The notes beneath the pieces were generated by a model. That model had not been told where the DNA came from. It saw only the letters and a list, made by a program, of their open reading frames with translations, and did no database searches. The translations under genes and the position numbers were made by a program. Shown in pieces: positions 15,331 through 23,100 of a DNA stretch of 24,916 nt (position 1 is its first letter; each line of letters begins with the position of its first letter). This DNA is from Bacteroidota bacterium (lineage in GTDB: Bacteria; Bacteroidota; Bacteroidia; Bacteroidales; JAHJDW01): contig JAHJDW010000132.1 in NCBI GenBank assembly GCA_018812245.1, positions 1 to 24,916 on the forward strand, read 5' to 3'.

Positions 15331-16860
15331 TTACTTCGCTGGTTTGTCGTCTTTCTTAACTTCGGGAGCGTTTGTTACGTCAGTAGCAGTTGCGTCTTCA
15401 GTTGTAGTTGATTTTCCTTTCAGGTACGATGGAAGCTCCATTCCTGCCATTTTGAAAAGTTCTTCAAATGGAGGAATCGAACCGAGCATTCCACTGAGGA
15501 AATTGGCAGTAGCCGGCTTGCCGTCTTTGCCACCCATGCTGTCCCATACCGTAACTTTGTCGATCTTGATGTTCTTGATGGCTTCAACCTGATGTTTAAC
15601 AATTTCAGGAAGTTTGTCAACAATCATCATCATTACAGCATCCTTGCTGCTATTGCCAGCCGACTTCATCAACTGCTCAAAGCCTTCGGCCTGCTTGGTG
15701 AGTATTTCATAAATACCGCGGGCTTCTGCTTCTTTCCTGAAGAAAATTCCATCGGCTTCACCTTTGGCAATTCTTCTGGTTTGTTCAGCTTTGGCTTCTG
15801 CATCAATTTCAACTTTTTGCTTGTCAATTTCAGCCGGAACAATAATGTCGGCAGTTTTCGAAGCTTTCTCTCTTTCGGCACGTGCAATTTCAGCTTTCTG
15901 CTCAGCTGCATAAGCCTCTTCGTTGGCCATAGCCGTTTTTACCTTTTCAGCAGCTGTTGCCTTTCGTGAAGCTTCAGCTTCGTTTTCACGACGGTTAGAA
16001 TCTGAATTTGCAATTGTAATCTTTGCAAGGTTTTCTCCTTCAACAGCAGTAGCATTGGCTTCTGCAACTTTTATCCTTTCAAGCCGTTCGGCGTCAGCTT
16101 CCCCGATTTTGGCAATTGCATTGGCATCAGCAACCTGAACCCTCTGCTCTTTCATCGCGTTTGCTTCACCGATAGAACCGTCTCTGTTCTTCTCTGCAAC
16201 ACTCTTCTTCGCATCATTGATGGCTTTTGCGGCGGCTTCTTTACCCAATGCCTCAATATAGCCTGATTCGTCGTTGATATCTGTAACGTTCACGTTGATC
16301 AATTTCAGCCCGATTTTCTTCAACTCGGCTTCCACATTGATAGACACATTGGTAAGGAATTTATCGCGATTGCTGTTGATTTCCTCAATTTCCATCGTGG
16401 CCACAACCAACCTCAACTGCCCGAAGAGAATGTCTTTGGCCATATTTGAAATTTCCTGTTCGGTAAGCCCCAGCAAGCGCTCGGCGGCTTTGTCCATGAT
16501 GCCGGCCTCGTTGCTGATACCCACTGTAAAACGGGAGGGAACGTCAACACGAATGTTTTGCTTTGAAAGTGCACTGGTCAGGTTAACTTCAATAGAAATT
16601 GGTGTCAGGTCGAGAAAATCAAAATCCTGAATAATCGGCCAGATAAAAGCTGCGCCCCCGTGAATACATTTGGCGGAGCGACTTTCGTCACTCTTCCCTT
16701 TACCTACTTTCCCATATACCACAAGTATTCTGTCGCTGGGACATCTCTTATACCTTTTAAGCAGGCTATAAACAAGAATAAAAAAGAACAGAACCACCAC
16801 ACCAATAATGATTGCGGTATATTGTCCTGCCATGTTTTCAAGCAAAATTGACTGAATCAT
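15331..16860 (-). CDS. Flotillin-like SPFH/band-7 protein
   Basis: 509 aa. N-terminal TM helix, SPFH domain, then a long Ala/Glu/Lys-rich coiled coil (AEANATAVEGENLAKITIANSDSNRRENEAEASRKATAAEKVKTAMANEEAYAAEQKAEIARAEREKA) typical of bacterial flotillins. Confidence 0.85.
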   Translation of the reverse strand: MIQSILLENMAGQYTAIIIGVVVLFFFILVYSLLKRYKRCPSDRILVVYGKVGKGKSDESRSAKCIHGGAAFIWPIIQDFDFLDLTPISIEVNLTSALSKQNIRVDVPSRFTVGISNEAGIMDKAAERLLGLTEQEISNMAKDILFGQLRLVVATMEIEEINSNRDKFLTNVSINVEAELKKIGLKLINVNVTDINDESGYIEALGKEAAAKAINDAKKSVAEKNRDGSIGEANAMKEQRVQVADANAIAKIGEADAERLERIKVAEANATAVEGENLAKITIANSDSNRRENEAEASRKATAAEKVKTAMANEEAYAAEQKAEIARAEREKASKTADIIVPAEIDKQKVEIDAEAKAEQTRRIAKGEADGIFFRKEAEARGIYEILTKQAEGFEQLMKSAGNSSKDAVMMMIVDKLPEIVKHQVEAIKNIKIDKVTVWDSMGGKDGKPATANFLSGMLGSIPPFEELFKMAGMELPSYLKGKSTTTEDATATDVTNAPEVKKDDKPAK

Positions 16861-16871
16861 AGTATTCTGAA

Positions 16872-17480
16872 TTAATTTGGTTTACTGCGTTTTACGATTA
16901 ACAGGTCGTTTGTTGTAACATCTGTTACCACAACGACGCTGCCTGTGGGAATGTCTGTTTCTTCGTCGGTTACTGCTTCCAACTCCTGAAAAGTTCCCTG
17001 TACTTTCAAATGCACTTTCCCAAAGCCGTTCCGGGTGGCGGGAATTGGTAGATATACCTCTGCGATATTTCCGATAGAGTTGCGAATGTTCAGATTGCCA
17101 GTTTCGGCAAGCTTACTGATAAAGTAGAAAATGGCAGCCATGGCAACCATCATCGCCGTGCCGCTTACGATAGAAACGATCAGTACAACCGGGGTGGAAT
17201 ATCCGGCGCTAATGCATGCCAGTCCTGTCCATGCGAAAATTGTGAAAAATCCAACCAGATTTTTAATCGTAAAAAACTGGAATCCGGCACCATGATCTGC
17301 TGCAACATCTGAGTCGGCGCCCCCATCCATATCATGGTCGGAGTCACCACCAATAAAGGTCATTAACAGAATAATCAGGAATGCCAGAGACGAGGGAATT
17401 GCAAAACCCCAGTATATTTTCTCCAGTGCTGTAAGTGCGGACCACCAGTCGGACATAATATTCAAAATTTGCTTCCACAA
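16872..17480 (-). CDS. NfeD-family membrane protein (flotillin partner)
   Basis: 202 aa. Multiple TM helices then a C-terminal OB-fold-like segment (GKVHLKVQGTFQELEAVTDEETDIPTGSVVVVTDVTTNDLLIVKR). Immediately upstream of flotillin with an 11-nt gap. Confidence 0.7.
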   Translation of the reverse strand: MWKQILNIMSDWWSALTALEKIYWGFAIPSSLAFLIILLMTFIGGDSDHDMDGGADSDVAADHGAGFQFFTIKNLVGFFTIFAWTGLACISAGYSTPVVLIVSIVSGTAMMVAMAAIFYFISKLAETGNLNIRNSIGNIAEVYLPIPATRNGFGKVHLKVQGTFQELEAVTDEETDIPTGSVVVVTDVTTNDLLIVKRSKPN

Positions 17481-17624
17481 ACTTAAAATATAATTTGAAG
17501 AAAAGGCAGAAATATTTCTTATTTTTTATTAAACGGGTATTAACTGTTTTGTGGAAACCCTGAGAAGATTGCATCACATACATATACGATGGCGGCTATT
17601 TTATGCCTACATTTGCACCTTTCG

Positions 17625-20015
17625 ATGAAACGATTATGGAAAATATGGGTTTCTGACAAAGGGCTGATGTTGACGGCCGCCTGTCTGTTAATACTATTTG
17701 TCATGGTCTGTCCGTCGAAAAATCAACTCTTTTCAGATCCCTGCTCTACCGTTTTGTTAGACAGGGACGGAGAACTGATGGGAGCCAGTATCGCCGACGA
17801 CGGACAGTGGCGCTTTCCCCAAAGCCGTATTGTTCCTTATAAATTCATGATTGCAATCACCCAATTCGAGGACCAAAACTTTTTTCTGCATAGCGGCGTC
17901 GATTACGTTTCTGTAGTCCGTGCTGCATATCAGAATATTGCATCTATGAGCATCGTTAGCGGTGGTAGCACAATTACGATGCAGGTGGTTCGCATTGCCC
18001 GGAAAAATCAGCCCAGAAACTTTTTTCAGAAATTTATCGAAATTATCTGGTCATTTCGACTCGAACTGACTGCAAATAAACTTGAAATTCTTTCGCTTTA
18101 CGCTTCTAATGCGCCGTTTGGGGGTAACGTTGTAGGACTTGATGCTGCAGCATGGCGGTATTACGGTCGTTCGCCCGACAAGCTAAGCTGGGGCGAAGCA
18201 GCTACCCTTGCTGTGCTTCCCAATAGTCCGTCGCTCGTGCATCCGGGAAAAAACGACAAAAAACTGCTTGAGAAAAGAAATCGCTTGCTGGACAAACTTT
18301 TCAGGAAGGGTTTTATTGATGAATCAACCTGTGAGCTTGCCAAGCAGGAGCCGCTTCCGGGAGCACCGAAACCGCTGCCACGTCTGGCTCCTCATTTACT
18401 TGATCGTCTGTATGCCGACGGACACAGGGGCGAGATAGTTACAAGTTCGGTCGATAAACATATTCAGGAAAGACTCAACGAGTTGGCTGCATATCATCAT
18501 GGGAGACTTAAGGCAAACGATATTAGCAATCTGGCTGCATTGATTCTGGATACGGAGACTGGCGAAGCGCTCGGTTATGTAGGCAATATTCCTGATTTTG
18601 AAGATGATGTGCATGGCTGTCAGGTTGATATTATTACCGCTTCCCGATCAACTGGCAGCATACTCAAACCATTTCTTTATGCTGCTTTGCTGCAGGATGG
18701 AAAAATTCTGCCTACTACGCTGATTCCTGATATCCCATCGCAGATATACGGATTTAAACCCGAGAATTACAACAAAACGTATGATGGCGCAGTTCCTGCA
18801 AAAAGAGCATTGGCGCGTTCGCTGAATATTCCAGCGGTGTTTATGCTGCGCATGTATGGCGCCGATAAATTCCATTTCCTGCTTCGCAAACTTGGAATGT
18901 CAACCATTGTGTATCCTGCCAGTCATTACGGGCTTGCCATGATAATAGGTGGTGCCGAAGGAACACTTTGGGATATGACTGGAATTTTCGCCAGTATGGC
19001 ACGCACGCTGAAGCATTACCCTGAGTACAACGGAATGTACGACAGGTCAGACTTCCACTCACCGACATACATAGTTACATCCGGGAAAAGAAAGCCCGAA
19101 CTTACTGCTACTCCGTCGATATTCAGTGCAGCCGCTATTTGGACCACGTTCAATGCAATGATAGAGGTTTCGCGCCCTGATGAGGAAAGGAACTGGAAGT
19201 ATTTTAGTTCATCATCGCCTGTAGCCTGGAAAACAGGTACGAGTTTCGGAAACCGCGATGGATGGGCGATTGGATGTACTCCGCAATATACTGTCGGAGT
19301 TTGGGTTGGAAATGCCGATGGGGAGGGGCGACCATTTCTCACGGGAATAAGCGCTGCTGCTCCACTATTATTCGATATTTTCTCTGTGGTTAAGCCAAGG
19401 GGCTGGTTCTCAATTCCTTATGATGAAATGGAACGAATCCCGATTTGTCGGTATAGCGGATATAAGAATGGTCCCAATTGTGAGTCTATTGATACAATTT
19501 GGGCATTATCCCAATGTGCGAATTCCGGATTGTGTCCATATCACCAGATTGTTCATCTTGATAGTACTGAAAAATATCGTGTCAACAGTGAATGCGAACT
19601 GGTCGCAAACATGAAACACAAGCCTTGGTTTGTGCTACCTCCTGTAATGGAGTATTATTTTCGCTCAAAAAATTCATTTTACAAAATGCTTCCGCCCTTG
19701 CGTGAGGATTGCAGCCGGGGAGGGGGCGACATGTCGTCGCTGGAGATAATATACCCAAAGCCTGGTGCAAAAATTTATGTCCCCGTTGAACTTGACGGAA
19801 CGCCTGGACAGAGTATTTTCAAAGCTGCTCACAGGGCACCGGAGAAAGAAATATTCTGGCATCTCGACGATGAATTTGTGACCGTCACTACCTCACTTCA
19901 TTCTATCTCCATCAGACCGCCCCCCGGCAAACACCGCCTGACCCTTGTTGATGAGGATGGAGAAACCATTTACGTTGATTTTGAGGTGCTTGAAAAGGGG
20001 AAAAAGCAAAACTGA
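17625..20015 (+). CDS. pbpC: Penicillin-binding protein 1C (bifunctional glycosyltransferase/transpeptidase)
   Basis: GT51 motifs EDQNFFLHSGVDYVSVVRA and RIARKN, transpeptidase SxxK (STGSILKPFLY) and KTG (WKTGTSFGNRDGW), C-terminal PbpC-type domain. The track's ORF starts at ATG 17589. The Met at 17625 (MKRLWKIW..., membrane anchor) follows a TACATTTG -7 motif at 17608-17615 and is preferred. The start could also be the Met at 17667. Confidence 0.85.
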   Translation: MKRLWKIWVSDKGLMLTAACLLILFVMVCPSKNQLFSDPCSTVLLDRDGELMGASIADDGQWRFPQSRIVPYKFMIAITQFEDQNFFLHSGVDYVSVVRAAYQNIASMSIVSGGSTITMQVVRIARKNQPRNFFQKFIEIIWSFRLELTANKLEILSLYASNAPFGGNVVGLDAAAWRYYGRSPDKLSWGEAATLAVLPNSPSLVHPGKNDKKLLEKRNRLLDKLFRKGFIDESTCELAKQEPLPGAPKPLPRLAPHLLDRLYADGHRGEIVTSSVDKHIQERLNELAAYHHGRLKANDISNLAALILDTETGEALGYVGNIPDFEDDVHGCQVDIITASRSTGSILKPFLYAALLQDGKILPTTLIPDIPSQIYGFKPENYNKTYDGAVPAKRALARSLNIPAVFMLRMYGADKFHFLLRKLGMSTIVYPASHYGLAMIIGGAEGTLWDMTGIFASMARTLKHYPEYNGMYDRSDFHSPTYIVTSGKRKPELTATPSIFSAAAIWTTFNAMIEVSRPDEERNWKYFSSSSPVAWKTGTSFGNRDGWAIGCTPQYTVGVWVGNADGEGRPFLTGISAAAPLLFDIFSVVKPRGWFSIPYDEMERIPICRYSGYKNGPNCESIDTIWALSQCANSGLCPYHQIVHLDSTEKYRVNSECELVANMKHKPWFVLPPVMEYYFRSKNSFYKMLPPLREDCSRGGGDMSSLEIIYPKPGAKIYVPVELDGTPGQSIFKAAHRAPEKEIFWHLDDEFVTVTTSLHSISIRPPPGKHRLTLVDEDGETIYVDFEVLEKGKKQN

Positions 20016-20134
20016 AACTTCAATTATTACCGGTAATTGTTGATTTTACGAACTATATTACGTATATTTACATGGACAAAAATCGAAACATAATCGTGTA
20101 CAATAAGTATAAAGGGGGAACAATACCTTCATCT

Positions 20135-23100
20135 ATGCAGTCAGTGAGAATTTTTCTGTTCGTTTTTCTTTTGGGATTTGGCTTCCAGGCAGTTGTGGCC
20201 CAGGATGCTTTTAACAACGAAGGGAGAATGAAAACCGAAGCCGATCGCCTTTTTTTAGATCAGGATTATGCGGCAGCTTATCCGCTGTATTCGCAGTTAG
20301 TTAGTGTTTACCCAAAAAACCCTGAATACAATTATCGCTTTGGTGTTTGCATTTTGCATGCTGACCCGGAAACTGAGAAGGCGATTCCTTTTCTGGAATT
20401 TGCCATGGAAAATGATCCCAAAGTTGACAAAAAGGTATATTTCTATATGGGGAGGGCGTACCACCTCAATTATAATTTCGGACAGGCGATATCTTATTAC
20501 CAGCAGTATCTCCAGCAGGGAAAAAATAAAAAGGAAATCGAATCCTTTCAGGTAAACCGGAGAATTGAGATGTGTAACAACGGGAAAAGGTTACTTAGTA
20601 AGGTTAGCGACCTCTATGTACTGAATAAGAGGGATATCAATCAGAAATGGTTCTTCAGAAGTTATGAAATTGATGACGAAGCCGGGAAGATTCTTGCACT
20701 TTCCCCCGAGTTTTCTACTTCTCTTGATCAGAAAAAAGCTGATCCGAATGCTGTGATGTTTATTACTCCTGATAAAAACCAGATTTTCTTCGGTAGTTAT
20801 GGTAAATCAGGAGAAACCGGAAAGGATATTTATCGTGTGGCCAAAATGTCGGATGGGAAATGGAGTCCGCCTATCAACGTTGGTAACGTCATCAATACAC
20901 CGTATGATGAGGATTTTCCTTACCTGACTGCCGATGGGAAAACGCTATACTTCTGTTCGCGCGGTCATAACAGCATGGGTGGTTTTGATATCTTCAGAAG
21001 CAATTTTAATGAAAAGACACAACAGTGGTCAACACCTGAAAATCTTGATTTTGCAGTAAATACGCCTTACGACGATATTTTGTTCATCCCCGATGCAAAG
21101 GAAAGATTTGCATGGTTCTCGTCGAACCGCTCAAATAATACTCAAATGATATCACATTTCAGGGTTAGAATCGACAAACGCCCAGTGCCTCAGGATGCAA
21201 TTGCTCTCAATTCGGGTGACGACGAAGAAGTGGCACCTGAAGTCATTCAAAAAATCCTCCAGAAGGCAAAACTGGATGTGAATGCAGATGAAAGCCAGTT
21301 TGCGAATGAAGCTGAAATTGCCAATTCCGAAACTGATGATTACAAAACCCTTGATCTTACAGGAAATGTAACGAGCGAGGATGTGATCAAGCTTGCTTTC
21401 GACAATGCCAAAGCAATTCAGGATGATGCTGACTTGCTGAATATTAAATCTACCGAAGCAGTTGAGCTGGCAGGAACGAAATCGACACAGGCCGAAAATA
21501 AGATGAAAGCCTCACGCGATAAGTACAATATGGCTTCCAATACTTCCGACAATTCAGCTAAGGAACGAGCGATTAAGGATGCCCAGATTTTACAGTACGA
21601 TGCCGATAAGCTGAAACAGGAGTCGGCAATCACCTACAGGATTGCGAAAGAACTCAGCATAAAGGCGAAGAATGTTCAAAAGGATGCAGATCAGGCTTTT
21701 GATTACGCCCGTAAACTCGAAAATGCACTTAAAACCATGTCGCTTGAAGATGCTACGGCATGGCTTGAGGATCAAAATCTGAAAATGAAGGCATCATCCG
21801 GTAGTGATCAGATTAAGCCCGACGATTTTCAGATTTCTGAAGTCGATTACAACAAAAAGAAAGAAGAAGCCTCTGATAATAAGGTGGAAGCCAAAATCCT
21901 GACTGATGAAGCCAGAAAATGGAAAGCGGAAGCTGCCGACCTGAGAATTCAGGCAGAAGGCGAAAAAAAGGATGATAAAAAACAACCATTGCTCGCCCAG
22001 GCCAATCAGCTTGAAAAAGACGCCGCCGAGAATCTGAAAGACGCCGCCACCTACGAAAGAAAAGCGGAACACTCAAACCATCAGGCCGACAGCATTCTGA
22101 CCGAGCTTGCTGTTGTTAACGAATTCATCAAGAATATGAATACAGGAAGTACCGATATCGGTGTCTCTCAGGATAAAATTAACGCGGCCAATATTAATGC
22201 TTTGGAAAATGAATCAGGCAACCTGACCAATAAAATTAGGGCAAACGAAAGCAATATAAGCAATTTTCGCGTTAGTCCCAATGTAAGTACAACTGCAGTC
22301 AGGGCGGCGCAGCTTGAAGATGAATCCAAACTATATGCCTCTCAGGCTTCCGGAAATCTCCAGAAAGCAAAAAAAGAAACGGATGATTCCAAGCGGAAAG
22401 CGTACATGATCAAATCGAATGAGTTGTACGCAAAAGCCGTTGAGAAGCAGGATGAGGCCATTGCAACATACAAAGAAGCACAAACAGAAACGCAAGGCAG
22501 CAACGAATTGGCAAGCCTTGTCGAAGAGTTGAGCCTCGGCGTAACTGCGCAGAAACTCGCTGCTACTGATGTTAACGAGATAAAAAGCGCTGCTAAGACA
22601 AGCGAAAACAATTACAACGAACAGAAGAAAGAAGTTGATGCAGTGAGAATAGAAGATATGAGCAACAAGGAAGCCTTGCTTGCCAGTCAGTTGGAAGATG
22701 AAGCTTCAATGTATCAGGATCAGGCTGATGATTTCAAAATAAAGGCAAATGCCGAACCCAACGAACAGAAGAAAAAAGCTTACCTGACCAAAGTCGATGA
22801 GTTGCTGAAAAAAGCAACACGAGTTGAGAAGGAGGCAGTAACCCGCTATAACCGTGCAGCAGCAAGCTCAACATCTCCAACAGCCACGGCAGACAATAGC
22901 ACTTCAGGCTCAAAAACTAACCCGGTAACTGATGTGAATCCTTCTGGAACCAACCCAAGCGGAACAAATCCTGACAAAGATCCGAAGAAATATCAGGAAA
23001 AAAGCAAGGGTAGCCTTATTGTGATGACGGCCGACGAGGTTCCTGATCCAGGTGATCTGGTTCTTATTGCCGATGAAAATGCGGAGCGCATGAAGCAAAA

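Noticed and set aside
15344-16851. Multiple + strand ORFs (82-125 aa) across the flotillin gene
   Set aside because: Antisense to the Ala/Glu/Lys-rich flotillin coiled-coil. Such repetitive coding commonly yields long stop-free antisense frames.
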